From Escherichia phage vB_Eco_ZCEC15, in sequence record PQ871103.1: DNA of 64,000 nt. One strand, written 5' to 3'. The notes below the pieces were generated by a model. It was not told the DNA's origin. It saw nothing but the letters and a program-made list of their open reading frames with translations, and did not search any database. Position numbers and translations under genes: made by a program. Below, piece after piece: positions 26,570 through 38,514 of the stretch. The first letter of the stretch is position 1, and each line of letters begins with the position of its first letter.

Positions 26570-27160
26570 ATGCTCTTTACATTTTTTGATCCGATTGAAT
26601 ATGCGGCCAAAACGGTGAATAAAAACGCGCCGACTATTCCTATGACAGATATTTTTAGAAACTATAAAGACTATTTCAAACGTGCTCTTGCGGGATACCG
26701 CTTACGTACTTATTATATTAAAGGTTCACCACGTCCGGAAGAATTAGCAAATGCTATATATGGAAATCCGCAGTTGTATTGGGTTTTATTGATGTGTAAT
26801 GATAATTATGATCCGTATTATGGATGGATTACTTCGCAAGAAGCTGCTTATCAAGCATCTATACAAAAATACAAAAACGTAGGTGGAGACCAAATAGTAT
26901 ATCATGTGAATGAGAACGGTGAAAAATTTTATAATTTAATATCATACGATGATAATCCATATGTTTGGTATGACAAAGGCGATAAAGCTAGAAAATATCC
27001 TCAATATGAAGGAGCACTTGCTGCTGTTAATACGTATGAAGCTGCTGTTCTTGAAAATGAAAAACTTCGTCAAATAAAAATAATAGCAAAATCAGACATC
27101 AATTCATTTATGAACGACCTTATACGTATAATGGAGAAATCTTATGGAAATGATAAGTAA
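26570..27160 (+). CDS. 53: baseplate wedge protein gp53
   Basis: 196 aa; late promoter TATAAATA and AGGAGG RBS upstream. Confidence 0.9.
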   Translation: MLFTFFDPIEYAAKTVNKNAPTIPMTDIFRNYKDYFKRALAGYRLRTYYIKGSPRPEELANAIYGNPQLYWVLLMCNDNYDPYYGWITSQEAAYQASIQKYKNVGGDQIVYHVNENGEKFYNLISYDDNPYVWYDKGDKARKYPQYEGALAAVNTYEAAVLENEKLRQIKIIAKSDINSFMNDLIRIMEKSYGNDK

Positions 27161-28871
27161 TAACCTTAATTGGTTTGTTGGTGTTGTTGAAGATAGAATG
27201 GACCCATTAAAATTAGGTCGTGTTCGTGTTCGTGTAGTTGGTCTGCATCCACCTCAAAGAGCACAAGGCGATGTAATGGGTATTCCAACTGATAAATTAC
27301 CGTGGATGTCAGTTATTCAACCCATAACTTCCGCAGCAATGTCTGGAATTGGAGGCTCCGTTACTGGTCCGGTAGAAGGAACTAGAGTCTATGGTCATTT
27401 TTTAGACAAATGGAAAACTAACGGAATTGTCCTTGGCACGTATGGTGGAATAGTTCGCGAAAAACCTAATAGACTTGAAGGATTTTCTGATCCGACTGGA
27501 CAGTATCCTAGACGTCTAGGAAATGATACTAACGTATTAAACCAAGGCGGAGAAGTAGGATATGATTCGTCTTCTAATATTATCCAAGATAGCAATCTAG
27601 ACACTGCGATAAATCCCGATGATAGACCGCTATCAGAAATTCCAACTGATGATAATCCAAATATGTCAATGGCTGAAATGCTTCGCCGCGATGAAGGATT
27701 AAGACTAAAAGTTTATTGGGATACTGAAGGATATCCGACAATTGGTATTGGTCATCTTATCATGAAGCAGCCAGTTCGTGATATGACCCAAATTAATAAA
27801 GTTTTATCAAAACAAGTTGGTCGTGAAATTACTGGAAATCCAGGTTCTATTACAATGGAAGAAGCGGTAACTTTATTTGAACGTGATTTGGCTGATATGC
27901 AACGTGACATTAAATCACATTCTAAAGTTGGCCCAGTTTGGCAGGCAGTTAATCGTTCTCGTCAAATGGCATTAGAAAATATGGCATTTCAGATGGGCGT
28001 TGGTGGTGTAGCTAAATTTAACACAATGTTAACTGCTATGTTAGCTGGAGATTGGGAAAAGGCATATAAAGCTGGTCGTGATTCATTGTGGTATCAACAA
28101 ACAAAAGGCCGTGCATCTCGTGTTACCATGATTATTCTTACAGGTAATTTGGAATCATACGGTATTGAAGTGAAAACACCGTCTAGGTCTTTGTCAGCAA
28201 TGGCTGCTACTGTAGCAAAGTCTTCTGATCCAGCTGATCCTCCTATTCCGAATGATTCGAGAATTTTATTTAAAGAACCTGTTTCTTCATATAAAGGTGA
28301 ATATCCGTATGTTCACACAATGGAAACTGAAAGCGGTCATATTCAGGAATTTGATGATACCCCTGGGCAAGAACGATACAGATTAGTTCATCCGACTGGA
28401 ACATATGAGGAAGTATCACCCTCAGGAAGAAGAACAAGAAAAACTGTTGATAATTTGTATGATATAACAAATGCTGATGGTAATTTTTTGGTAGCCGGTG
28501 ATAAAAAGACTAACGTCGGTGGGTCAGAAATTTATTACAATATGGATAATCGTCTCCACCAAATAGATGGAAGCAATACAATATTTGTACGTGGCGATGA
28601 AACTAAGACGGTTGAAGGTAATGGAACTATCTTAGTCAAAGGTAATGTTACTATTGTAGTTGAAGGTAATGCTGACATTACAGTTAAAGGAGATGCTACC
28701 ACTTTAGTTGAAGGAAACCAGACTAATACAGTAAATGGAAATCTTTCTTGGAAAGTTGCTGGGACAGTTGATTGGGACGTTGGTGGTGATTGGACGGAAA
28801 AAATGGCATCTATGAGTTCTATTTCATCTGGTCAATACACAATTGATGGATCGAGGATTGACATTGGCTAA
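27144..28871 (+). CDS. 5: baseplate hub + tail lysozyme gp5
   Basis: 575 aa; MEMISNNLNWFVGVV start; internal lysozyme domain EMLRRDEGLRLKVYWDTEGYPTIGIGH. Confidence 0.97.
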   Translation: MEMISNNLNWFVGVVEDRMDPLKLGRVRVRVVGLHPPQRAQGDVMGIPTDKLPWMSVIQPITSAAMSGIGGSVTGPVEGTRVYGHFLDKWKTNGIVLGTYGGIVREKPNRLEGFSDPTGQYPRRLGNDTNVLNQGGEVGYDSSSNIIQDSNLDTAINPDDRPLSEIPTDDNPNMSMAEMLRRDEGLRLKVYWDTEGYPTIGIGHLIMKQPVRDMTQINKVLSKQVGREITGNPGSITMEEAVTLFERDLADMQRDIKSHSKVGPVWQAVNRSRQMALENMAFQMGVGGVAKFNTMLTAMLAGDWEKAYKAGRDSLWYQQTKGRASRVTMIILTGNLESYGIEVKTPSRSLSAMAATVAKSSDPADPPIPNDSRILFKEPVSSYKGEYPYVHTMETESGHIQEFDDTPGQERYRLVHPTGTYEEVSPSGRRTRKTVDNLYDITNADGNFLVAGDKKTNVGGSEIYYNMDNRLHQIDGSNTIFVRGDETKTVEGNGTILVKGNVTIVVEGNADITVKGDATTLVEGNQTNTVNGNLSWKVAGTVDWDVGGDWTEKMASMSSISSGQYTIDGSRIDIG

Positions 28872-28905
28872 TATACTTCCAATGAGCGCTGATTTAGGAG
28901 AATCC

Positions 28906-29400
28906 ATGGAAGGTTCTTCTATCGACGTCACCTTTACCGCTCAATTAGAAACAGGTGAAACGTTAGTATCTATAAATATAACTAGTTACGAAGAAACTCC
29001 TGGGGTTTTAGTAGAAGAAAATCGTTTATATGGAACGTATGAATCTGTGTTTGGATTTGGAAATGATGCGTTGAAATATCGTTTAGATAATGAATTTAAA
29101 ACTGCTGCTTCATGGGAAGACCTTCCAACTGATTCTAATACTCAGTTATATTTATGGAAAGCTCCTCAGAACCTCCAGAAGACATTCACTTACGAAGTAA
29201 CATTAATATATGACTACCAAGAACAAAGTGAATCTGGAGGTTCTGGTAGTAATTCTAGGTCATCTTCTGATACCACTGAACCAACTGATCCTCCAGCTCC
29301 AATAAGAAAAACTCTTGTTAAAAATTACACAAAAACTATAGTTGGAAATTGGAGTCGTTGGGCTAATAAATTGAGAAGCTACGTGTATGAGAGGCAATAA
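28906..29400 (+). CDS. 5.1: gp5.1-like protein
   Basis: ORF; start adjusted to ATG 28906 after AGGAG (track start 28843 is TTG inside gene 5). Confidence 0.6.
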   Translation: MEGSSIDVTFTAQLETGETLVSINITSYEETPGVLVEENRLYGTYESVFGFGNDALKYRLDNEFKTAASWEDLPTDSNTQLYLWKAPQNLQKTFTYEVTLIYDYQEQSESGGSGSNSRSSSDTTEPTDPPAPIRKTLVKNYTKTIVGNWSRWANKLRSYVYERQ

Positions 29401-29694
29401 ATGTCAGGATTAAGCTATGATAAGTGTGTTACTGCTGGCCATGAAGCATGGCCTCCAACAGTTGTGAATGCTACACAAAGTAAAGTATTCACTGGAGGAA
29501 TTGCTGTTCTCGTAGCAGGCGATCCAATTACAGAACATACAGAAATTAAAAAGCCATATGAAACACATGGCGGAGTGGCACAACCTAGAACTTCTAAGGT
29601 ATATGTCACTGGAAAGAAAGCTGTTCAAATGGCTGATCCAATATCATGCGGTGATACTGTGGCTCAGGCATCATCTAAAGTATTCATTAAATAG
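29401..29694 (+). CDS. 5.4: baseplate spike tip (PAAR-like) gp5.4
   Basis: 97 aa; length and position match T4 gp5.4. Confidence 0.85.
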   Translation: MSGLSYDKCVTAGHEAWPPTVVNATQSKVFTGGIAVLVAGDPITEHTEIKKPYETHGGVAQPRTSKVYVTGKKAVQMADPISCGDTVAQASSKVFIK

Positions 29695-29702
29695 GATTTA
29701 AA

Positions 29703-31685
29703 ATGGCAAATACCCCTGTAAATTATCAATTAACAAGAACAGCAAATGCTATTCCCGAGATATTCGTCGGGGGTACATTTGCTGAAATAAAACAAAACCT
29801 CATTGAATGGCTTAATGGCCAAAATGAATTTTTGGATTATGATTTTGAAGGCTCAAGATTAAACGTTCTGTGTGACCTTTTGGCTTATAATACATTGTAC
29901 ATTCAGCAGTTTGGTAATGCTGCCTTGTATGAAAGCTTTATGCGTACTGCTAATTTACGTAGTTCAGTAGTTCAAGCTGCACAAGATAATGGATATTTAC
30001 CTACTTCAAAATCAGCTGCTCAAACTGAAATTATGCTAACTTGTACAGATGCATTGAATAGAAATTACATTACTATTCCTCGTGGTACTCGCTTTTTAGC
30101 ATATGCAAAGGATACTTCCGTTAATCCTTACAACTTTGTATCTACCGAAGATGTTATTGCTATTCGTGATAAAAATAACCAATATTTTCCACGTTTAAAA
30201 TTGGCCCAGGGGCGTATAGTAAGAACTGAAATCATTTATGATAAATTAACACCTATTATCATTTATGACAAAAATATAGATAGAAACCAAGTTAAACTAT
30301 ATGTCGATGGAGCAGAATGGATTAACTGGACAAGAAAGTCAATGGTTCATGCTGGTTCTACATCAACAATTTACTACATGCGTGAAACTATTGATGGAAA
30401 TACTGAGTTTTATTTTGGTGAAGGCGAGATTTCTGTTAATGCGGCAGAAGGAGCATTGACTGCTAATTATATTGGAGGTCTTAAACCTACCCAGAACTCT
30501 ACGATTGTTATTGAGTACATCAGTACTAACGGTGCAGATGCGAATGGCGCAGTCGGATTTTCATATGCAGATACATTAACAAATATAACTGTCATCAACA
30601 TTAATGAAAATCCAAACGATGACCCAGATTTTGTTGGGGCAGATGGCGGCGGCGATCCAGAAGATATTGAACGTATTCGCGAATTGGGTACTATTAAACG
30701 CGAAACCCAGCAACGCTGCGTAACTGCGACTGACTATGATACATTCGTTTCAGAGAGATTTGGTTCTATTATTCAAGCAGTTCAGACGTTCACTGATTCT
30801 ACTAAACCTGGTTATGCATTTATTGCTGCTAAACCTAAATCAGGACTATATTTAACTACTGTACAGCGCGAAGATATTAAAAATTATCTCAAAGACTATA
30901 ATTTAGCTCCTATTACGCCATCAATTATTTCTCCTAATTACCTTTTTATTAAGACTAATTTAAAAGTCACATATGCTTTAAATAAGCTGCAAGAATCCGA
31001 ACAGTGGCTCGAAGGTCAAATAATTGATAAAATTGATCGTTATTATACCGAAGATGTAGAAATTTTTAACTCATCTTTCGCTAAATCTAAGATGTTGACA
31101 TATGTAGATGATGCAGATCATTCTATCATTGGCTCATCCGCGACAATTCAAATTGTTCGTGAAGTACAAAACTTCTATAAAACGCCTGAAGCAGGTATTA
31201 AATACAATAATCAAATAAAAGACCGTTCTATGGAATCTAATACGTTTTCATTTAATTCTGGACGAAAGGTTGTAAATCCTGATACTGGTTTAGAAGAAGA
31301 TGTATTATATGACGTTCGCATAGTATCAACAGACCGAAATTCTAAAGGAATTGGTAAAGTTATTATTGGTCCATTTGCTTCTGGCGATGTTACAGAAAAT
31401 AAAAACATTCGTCCATATACAGGAAACGATTTTAACAAATTAGCAAATTCTGATGGACGCGACAAATACTATGTTATCGGTGAAATAAATTATCCAGCTG
31501 ATGTGATTTATTGGAATATCGCTAAAATTAATTTAACATCTGAAAAATTTGAAGTTCAGACCATTGAATTATATTCTGACCCAACCGATGATGTTATCTT
31601 TACTCGCGATGGTTCACTGATTGTATTTGAAAATGACTTACGTCCACAATACTTAACTATCGATTTGGAGCCTATATCACAATGA
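29703..31685 (+). CDS. 6: baseplate wedge protein gp6
   Basis: 660 aa; synteny and length. Confidence 0.95.
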   Translation: MANTPVNYQLTRTANAIPEIFVGGTFAEIKQNLIEWLNGQNEFLDYDFEGSRLNVLCDLLAYNTLYIQQFGNAALYESFMRTANLRSSVVQAAQDNGYLPTSKSAAQTEIMLTCTDALNRNYITIPRGTRFLAYAKDTSVNPYNFVSTEDVIAIRDKNNQYFPRLKLAQGRIVRTEIIYDKLTPIIIYDKNIDRNQVKLYVDGAEWINWTRKSMVHAGSTSTIYYMRETIDGNTEFYFGEGEISVNAAEGALTANYIGGLKPTQNSTIVIEYISTNGADANGAVGFSYADTLTNITVININENPNDDPDFVGADGGGDPEDIERIRELGTIKRETQQRCVTATDYDTFVSERFGSIIQAVQTFTDSTKPGYAFIAAKPKSGLYLTTVQREDIKNYLKDYNLAPITPSIISPNYLFIKTNLKVTYALNKLQESEQWLEGQIIDKIDRYYTEDVEIFNSSFAKSKMLTYVDDADHSIIGSSATIQIVREVQNFYKTPEAGIKYNNQIKDRSMESNTFSFNSGRKVVNPDTGLEEDVLYDVRIVSTDRNSKGIGKVIIGPFASGDVTENKNIRPYTGNDFNKLANSDGRDKYYVIGEINYPADVIYWNIAKINLTSEKFEVQTIELYSDPTDDVIFTRDGSLIVFENDLRPQYLTIDLEPISQ

Positions 31686-34600
31686 CAGTAAAAGCACCTT
31701 CAGTCACTAGTCTCAGAATTTCCAAGTTATCCGCAAATCAGGTGCAAGTACGCTGGGATGACGTTGGTGCTAATTTCTACTATTTTGTAGAAATCGCTGA
31801 GACAAAGACAGACTCGGGGGAAAATCTCCCGAGTAATCAATATAGATGGATTAACTTAGGATATACTGCAAATAACAGCTTCTTTTTTGACGATGCTGAC
31901 CCATTGACATCATACATTATTAGAGTAGCTACAGCTGCACAAGATTTTGAGCAGTCTGATTGGATTTATACCGAAGAGTTTGAAACTTTTGCTACAAATG
32001 CTTATACATTTCAAAACATGATTGAAATGCAATTAGCTAATAAATTCATTCAGGAAAAATTTACTCTTAATAATTCTGACTATGTTAATTTTAATAATGA
32101 CACTATAATGGCTGCATTGATGAATGAATCATTCCAATTCAGCCCATCATATGCTGATGTTTCATCAATAAGTAATTTTATTATTGGTGAAAATGAGTAT
32201 CATGAAATACAAGGTTCTATTCAGCAAGTATGTAAGGATATTAATCGAGTTTATTTGATGGAATCAGAAGGGATTCTATATCTTTTTGAGCGTTATCAAC
32301 CTGTAGTTAAAGTATCCAATGATAAAGGTCAAACCTGGAAAGCTGTAAAGCTCTTCAATGACCGTGTAGGATATCCTTTATCTAAGACTGTATATTACCA
32401 ATCTGCGAGCACAACATATGTTCTAGGATACGACAAGATTTTCTATGGCCGCAAATCTACTGATGTTAGATGGTCAGCTGATGATGTCAGATTTAGTTCG
32501 CAGGACATAACATTCGCTAAACTTGGTGATCAACTTCATTTGGGATTTGATGTTGAAATCTTTGGTACTTATGCTACATTACCTGCAAACGTGTATCGTA
32601 TAGCTGAAGCTATTACTTGCACCGATGATTACATTTACGTTGTCGCCAGAGACAAAGTTAGATACATAAAAACGAGTAATGCACCTATAGATTCTGATCC
32701 ATTATCTCCAACATATTCGGAAAGGCTATTTGAACCTGATACAATGACTATAACTGGAAATCCTAAAGCAGTATGCTATAAAATGGATTCTATTGGTGAT
32801 AAAGTTTTTGCTCTTATTATCGGTGAAGTTGAAACATTAAATGCTAATCCTAGAACGTCAAAAATAATTGATTCTGCTGATAAAGGAATATATGTTTTAA
32901 ATCATGACACAAAAACGTGGAAAAGAGTTTTTGGCAACACTGAAGAAGAAAGAAGACGTATTCAACCAGGGTATGCGAATATGTCAACTGATGGTAAATT
33001 AGTTTCTCTATCTTCGAGTAATTTTAAATTTTTAAGTGATAATATTGTTAATGACCCTGAAACTGTAGCAAAATATCAGTTAATCGGTGCCGTTAAATAT
33101 GAATTTCCTCGTGAATGGTTAGCTGATAAGCATTATCATATGATGGCATTTATAGCAGATGAAAAGTCTGATTGGGAAACTTTTACGCCTCAGCCGATGA
33201 AATACTATGCAGAACCATTCTTTAACTGGTCTAAAAAGTCTAATACACGGTGCTGGATAAACAACTCTAATAGGGCTGTGGTAATTTATGTAGATTTAAA
33301 ATATACTAAAGTTATTGAAAATTTTCCAGAAACATCGCCATATAGATTAGTTCATGAATACTGGGATGACGGCGATTGCACTATAGTAATGCCAAACGTT
33401 AAATTCACGGGATTTAAAAAATATGCGTCTGGGATGCTTTTTTATAAATCCTCTGGTGAAATAATTTCTTATTATGATTTTAACTATCGAGTGAGAGACA
33501 CGGTTGAAATAATTTGGAAGCCAACTGGAATATTTTTAAAAGCATTTTTACAAAACCAAGAGCATGAAACTCCTTGGTCACCAGAAGAAGAGCATGGATT
33601 AGCTGACCCTGATTTAAGACCATTGATTGGCACAATGATGCCTGATTCTTATTTACTACAAGATTCGAATTTTGAGGCATTTTGCGAAGCATATATTCAA
33701 TATCTTTCTGATGGATATGGAACTCAGTATAACAATTTACGAAATTTAATTCGTAACAAATATCCACGAGAAGAGCATGCATGGGAATATTTGTGGTCAG
33801 AGATATATAAAAGAAACATTTATTTAAATGCTGACAAACGTGATGCTGTTGCAAGATTTTTTGAATCGCGTAGCTATGATTTTTATTCTACTAAAGGAAT
33901 TGAAGCATCATATAAATTTCTTTTTAAAGTTCTTTATAATGAAGAAGTTGAAATTGAAATTGAATCTGGTGCTGGTACTGAATACGATATAATCGTTCAA
34001 TCTGATTCTTTAACTGAAGATTTGGTAGGACAAACGATTTATACAGCTACAGGAAGATGTAATGTTACTTATATAGAAAGAAGTTATTCTAATGGTAAAT
34101 TGCAATGGACCGTAACTATTCATAATCTTTTGGGAAGATTAATTGCTGGTCAAGAAGTTAAAGCAGAAAGACTCCCTAGTTTTGAAGGCGAAATTATTCG
34201 TGGAGTTAAAGGAAAGGATTTGCTTCAAAACAATATAGACTATATTAATAGAAGTAGATCATACTATGTAATGAAAATTAAATCCAATTTACCTTCTTCC
34301 CGCTGGAAATCTGACGTTATTCGTTTTGTTCATCCAGTAGGATTTGGATTTATAGCAATTACCCTTTTAACGATGTTTATTAATGTTGGTTTAACTCTTA
34401 AACATACAGAGACTATAATTAATAAATACAAAAACTATAAATGGGATTCTGGATTGCCTACTGAATATGCTGATAGAGTAGCTAAATTAACTCCAACCGG
34501 TGAAATTGAGTATGATTCAGTAACAGGCGAAGCAATTTATGAGCCTGGCCCAATGGCTGGTGTAGAATATCCTCTTCCTGATGACTATAATGCTGAAAAT

Positions 34601-34780
34601 AATAATTCAATATTTCAAGGTCAATTGCCTTCTGAACGACGCAAGTTAATGAGTCCTCTATTTGACGCATCTGGAACAACATTTGCACAGTTTAGGGATT
34701 TAGTTAATAAACGTCTAAAAGATAATATAGGAAATCCAAGAGACCCTGAAAATCCAACACAGGTTAAAATAGATGAATGA
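31682..34780 (+). CDS. 7: baseplate wedge initiator gp7
   Basis: 1032 aa; synteny and length. Confidence 0.95.
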   Translation: MTVKAPSVTSLRISKLSANQVQVRWDDVGANFYYFVEIAETKTDSGENLPSNQYRWINLGYTANNSFFFDDADPLTSYIIRVATAAQDFEQSDWIYTEEFETFATNAYTFQNMIEMQLANKFIQEKFTLNNSDYVNFNNDTIMAALMNESFQFSPSYADVSSISNFIIGENEYHEIQGSIQQVCKDINRVYLMESEGILYLFERYQPVVKVSNDKGQTWKAVKLFNDRVGYPLSKTVYYQSASTTYVLGYDKIFYGRKSTDVRWSADDVRFSSQDITFAKLGDQLHLGFDVEIFGTYATLPANVYRIAEAITCTDDYIYVVARDKVRYIKTSNAPIDSDPLSPTYSERLFEPDTMTITGNPKAVCYKMDSIGDKVFALIIGEVETLNANPRTSKIIDSADKGIYVLNHDTKTWKRVFGNTEEERRRIQPGYANMSTDGKLVSLSSSNFKFLSDNIVNDPETVAKYQLIGAVKYEFPREWLADKHYHMMAFIADEKSDWETFTPQPMKYYAEPFFNWSKKSNTRCWINNSNRAVVIYVDLKYTKVIENFPETSPYRLVHEYWDDGDCTIVMPNVKFTGFKKYASGMLFYKSSGEIISYYDFNYRVRDTVEIIWKPTGIFLKAFLQNQEHETPWSPEEEHGLADPDLRPLIGTMMPDSYLLQDSNFEAFCEAYIQYLSDGYGTQYNNLRNLIRNKYPREEHAWEYLWSEIYKRNIYLNADKRDAVARFFESRSYDFYSTKGIEASYKFLFKVLYNEEVEIEIESGAGTEYDIIVQSDSLTEDLVGQTIYTATGRCNVTYIERSYSNGKLQWTVTIHNLLGRLIAGQEVKAERLPSFEGEIIRGVKGKDLLQNNIDYINRSRSYYVMKIKSNLPSSRWKSDVIRFVHPVGFGFIAITLLTMFINVGLTLKHTETIINKYKNYKWDSGLPTEYADRVAKLTPTGEIEYDSVTGEAIYEPGPMAGVEYPLPDDYNAENNNSIFQGQLPSERRKLMSPLFDASGTTFAQFRDLVNKRLKDNIGNPRDPENPTQVKIDE

Positions 34781-35777
34781 TTCAAGTGTTATCTATCGTG
34801 CGATAGTTACTTCAAAATTTAGAACAGAAAAAATGTTGAATTTTTATAATTCAATTGGGAGTGGTCCGGATAAAAACACTATCTTTATCACATTTGGAAG
34901 ATCAGAACCGTGGTCATCAAATGAAAATGAGGTGGGCTTTGCTCCACCTTATCCAACTGATTCTGTATTGGGTGTAACTGACATGTGGACTCATATGATG
35001 GGAACCGTAAAGGTTCTTCCATCTATGCTTGATGCGGTTATTCCTCGTAGAGATTGGGGAGATACTAGATATCCGGATCCATACACATTTAGAATTAACG
35101 ATATTGTAGTATGTAACTCAGCTCCTTACAATGCTACTGAATCAGGCGCAGGCTGGCTAGTATATCGTTGTTTAGATGTTCCTGACACAGGAACATGCTC
35201 AATAACATCTTTGACTGACAAGGATGAATGTATTAAGTTAGGTGGAAAATGGACTCCTTCTGTTAGGTCAATGACTCCTCCTGAAGGTCGAGGAGACGCG
35301 GAAGGAACAATCGAACCTGGAGACGGATATGTTTGGGAATATCTTTTTGAGATTCCGCCTGATGTATCTATAAATAGATGCACAAATGAATATATCGTAG
35401 TTCCTTGGCCTGAGGAATTAAAAGAAGACCCAACTAGATGGGGGTATGAAGATAATCTCACTTGGCAACAAGATGATTTTGGATTAATTTACCGTGTTAA
35501 GGCAAATACTATCCGTTTTAAAGCATATTTAGATTCAGTTTACTTTCCTGATGCTGCATTACCGGGAAATAAAGGATTTAGACAAATATCAATAATCACC
35601 AATCCTCTTGAAGCTAAAGCTCATCCAAATGACCCAAATGTTAAAGCTGAAAAGGATTATTATGATCCAGAAGATTTAATGAGGCATTCGGGCGAAATGA
35701 TTTATATGGAAAATAGGCCACCTATTATCATGGCAATGGATCAAACAGAAGAAATCAATATTCTGTTTACATTTTAA
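34773..35777 (+). CDS. 8: baseplate wedge protein gp8
   Basis: 334 aa; synteny and length. Confidence 0.95.
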   Translation: MNDSSVIYRAIVTSKFRTEKMLNFYNSIGSGPDKNTIFITFGRSEPWSSNENEVGFAPPYPTDSVLGVTDMWTHMMGTVKVLPSMLDAVIPRRDWGDTRYPDPYTFRINDIVVCNSAPYNATESGAGWLVYRCLDVPDTGTCSITSLTDKDECIKLGGKWTPSVRSMTPPEGRGDAEGTIEPGDGYVWEYLFEIPPDVSINRCTNEYIVVPWPEELKEDPTRWGYEDNLTWQQDDFGLIYRVKANTIRFKAYLDSVYFPDAALPGNKGFRQISIITNPLEAKAHPNDPNVKAEKDYYDPEDLMRHSGEMIYMENRPPIIMAMDQTEEINILFTF

Positions 35778-35782
35778 ATTAA

Positions 35783-35808
35783 GGGAGCCCATGGGCTCCC
35801 TTTTTTTC
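35783..35808 (+). terminator. rho-independent terminator after gene 8
   Basis: Hairpin GGGAGCCCATGGGCTCCC followed by TTTTTTT. Confidence 0.75.
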
Positions 35809-35810
35809 TT

Positions 35811-35818
35811 TATAAATA
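35811..35818 (+). promoter_or_regulatory. late promoter (gene 9)
   Basis: TATAAATA 25 nt upstream of gene 9. Confidence 0.7.
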
Positions 35819-35842
35819 CTATAAACTCATAAGGAAACCGCT

Positions 35843-36709
35843 ATGTTCATTCAAGAACCAAAGAAATTGATTGATACCGGCGAAATTGGTAACGCTTCTA
35901 CTGGTGATATCTTATTCGACGGTGGTAATAAAATTAATAGTGATTTTAACGCAATTTATAATGCGTTTGGCGATCAGCGCAAAATGGCAGTAGCAAATGG
36001 CACTGGAGCAAATGGCCAAATTATCCATGCTACTGGATATTATCAAAAGCACTCTATAGCAGAGTACGCAACTCCAGTAAAAGTTGGCACTAGACATGAT
36101 ATTGATACCTCTACTGTAGGTGTTAAAGTTATCATTGAAAAAGGCGAACTTGGCGACTGTGTTGAATTTATTAACTCAAATGGATCAATATCAGTTACTA
36201 ATCCTTTAACAATTCAGGCTATTGATTCAATCAAAGGCGTTTCGGGTAATTTGGTAGTAACTAGCCCATATAGTAAAGTTACTTTACGATGTATTTCATC
36301 TGATAATTCTACATCTGTTTGGAATTATTCTATTGAAAGTATGTTTGGACAAAAGGAATCACCAGCTGAAGGTACATGGAATATTTCTACATCTGGATCA
36401 GTTGACATTCCACTATTTCACCGTACTGAATATAACATGGCTAAATTGTTAGTTACGTGCCAATCGATAGATGGAAGAAAAATTAAAACAGCAGAAATAA
36501 ATATTCTTGTGGATAATGTTAATTCAGAGGTCATTTCTTCTGAATATGCTGTCATGCGAGTTGGGAATGAAACTGAAGAAGACGAAATCGCTAATATTGC
36601 ATTTAGTATTAAAACAAATTATGTAACAGCGACTATAAGTTCTTCAACTGTCGGTATGAGAGCAGCAGTTAAAGTTATCGCTACGCAGAAAATCGGGGTG
36701 GCTCAATAA
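35843..36709 (+). CDS. 9: baseplate wedge / long tail fiber socket gp9
   Basis: 288 aa; late promoter and terminator upstream. Confidence 0.95.
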   Translation: MFIQEPKKLIDTGEIGNASTGDILFDGGNKINSDFNAIYNAFGDQRKMAVANGTGANGQIIHATGYYQKHSIAEYATPVKVGTRHDIDTSTVGVKVIIEKGELGDCVEFINSNGSISVTNPLTIQAIDSIKGVSGNLVVTSPYSKVTLRCISSDNSTSVWNYSIESMFGQKESPAEGTWNISTSGSVDIPLFHRTEYNMAKLLVTCQSIDGRKIKTAEINILVDNVNSEVISSEYAVMRVGNETEEDEIANIAFSIKTNYVTATISSSTVGMRAAVKVIATQKIGVAQ

Positions 36710-38514
36710 TGAAACAAAATATTAATATCGGTAATGTTGTTGATGATGGTACCGGTGACTACCTGCGTAAAGGTGGTATAAAAATAAATGAAAACTTTGA
36801 TGAACTTTATTATGAACTTGGCGATGGAGATGTTCCATATTCAGCCGGTGCCTGGAAAACTTATAATGCTTCATCCGGTCAAACATTAAAAGCTAAGTGG
36901 GGAAAATCATACGCTATTAATACCTCTTCTGGAAGAGTAACTTTACAACTTCCTAAAGGAACTGTTAATGATTATAATAAAGTAATTAGAGCTAGGGATG
37001 TATTTGCAACATGGAACATTAATCCAGTTACTTTAGTAGCTGCTTCTGGGGATACAATTAAAGGGTCGTCATCGTCAGTTGAAATTAATATTCAATTTAG
37101 TGATTTAGAGCTCGTTTATTGCGCTCCAGGACGTTGGGAGTATGTCAAAAACAAACAAATTGATAAAATTATTAGTTCAGATATTAGTAATGTAGCTCGC
37201 AAAGAATTTTTAGTAGAAGTTCAAGGACAAACTGACTTTTTAGATGTTTTCCATGGAACTAGTTATAATGTCAATAACATCAGAGTAAAACACCGCGGTA
37301 ACGAATTATATTACGGCGATGTATTTAGTGAAAACAGTGACTTTGGCTCTCCGGGGGAAAATGAAGGAGAATTAATTCCTCTTGATGGATTTAATATTAG
37401 GTTAAGACAGCCTTGTAATATTGGCGACACTGTTCAAATTGAAACGTTTATGGATGGTGTATCACAATGGAGAAGTTCATATACAAGACGCCAAATAAAA
37501 GTACTAGATTCAAAACTAACATCAAAGACTTCTTTAGAAGGAAGCATTTATGTTACTGATTTATCGGCGATGAAATCAATTCCATTCTCTGCGTTTGGAT
37601 TAATTCCTGGCGAACCCATTAATCCTAATTCTCTCGAGGTTCGTTTTAATGGAATTTTACAGCAACAGGCTGGAACAGCTGGGTATCCTCTGTTTTTGTG
37701 CGAAGGCGCTAATTCAGATACGCAAGAAGGATGTATATCTCTTGGTGGCGAATGGAAAGAATCAAACACAGATTATTCTATAGAATATGAAGATGGAAAA
37801 CCTACAAGTCTTTTATTTGATAGAAAATTTGAATCAGGCGATATAATCGTTATAACGTGGTTCAATAATGATTTAGGAACTCTTTTAGAAAAAGATGACA
37901 TCATTGAATTAACGGATGACCGTTATGTTAGTAAAGGATCATCTACCGAAGTTACTGGTGATGTAGCCTTAACGGATTTTGATAAAATCGGTTGGCCAAA
38001 TGTTGAAAAAGTTGATTCTTATACTAGAACGTATAATTCAATATCATCTATTTTCGATAGCATTTATCCTGTAGGTTCAATTTATGAAAATGCTATAAAC
38101 CCAAATAATCCGGTGACTTATATGGGGTTTGGTTCGTGGAAATTATTTGGTAAAGGACAAGTTTTAGTAGGATGGAATGATGATGTTACAGATCCAAACT
38201 TTGCATTAAACAATAATGATTTAGATTCTAGCGGAAATCCTTCACATACTGCCGGTGGAACAGTTGGAACAACGTCAGTAACGCTTGAAAATGCAAATCT
38301 TCCTGCGACTAAAACTGACGAAAGAGTTTTAATTGAAGATGAAAATGGATCAGTTATTATTGGAGGTTGTCAATATGACCCAGATGAAACTGGTCCTATA
38401 TATACAAAATATCGTGAAGACTATGCAACAACAAACTCTTCACATACTCCTCCTACTAATATTAGTAATATTCAACCGTCTATTACTGTATACCGTTGGA
38501 TAAGGATTGCATAA
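36709..38514 (+). CDS. 10: baseplate wedge / short tail fiber attachment gp10
   Basis: 601 aa; synteny. Confidence 0.95.
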   Translation: MKQNINIGNVVDDGTGDYLRKGGIKINENFDELYYELGDGDVPYSAGAWKTYNASSGQTLKAKWGKSYAINTSSGRVTLQLPKGTVNDYNKVIRARDVFATWNINPVTLVAASGDTIKGSSSSVEINIQFSDLELVYCAPGRWEYVKNKQIDKIISSDISNVARKEFLVEVQGQTDFLDVFHGTSYNVNNIRVKHRGNELYYGDVFSENSDFGSPGENEGELIPLDGFNIRLRQPCNIGDTVQIETFMDGVSQWRSSYTRRQIKVLDSKLTSKTSLEGSIYVTDLSAMKSIPFSAFGLIPGEPINPNSLEVRFNGILQQQAGTAGYPLFLCEGANSDTQEGCISLGGEWKESNTDYSIEYEDGKPTSLLFDRKFESGDIIVITWFNNDLGTLLEKDDIIELTDDRYVSKGSSTEVTGDVALTDFDKIGWPNVEKVDSYTRTYNSISSIFDSIYPVGSIYENAINPNNPVTYMGFGSWKLFGKGQVLVGWNDDVTDPNFALNNNDLDSSGNPSHTAGGTVGTTSVTLENANLPATKTDERVLIEDENGSVIIGGCQYDPDETGPIYTKYREDYATTNSSHTPPTNISNIQPSITVYRWIRIA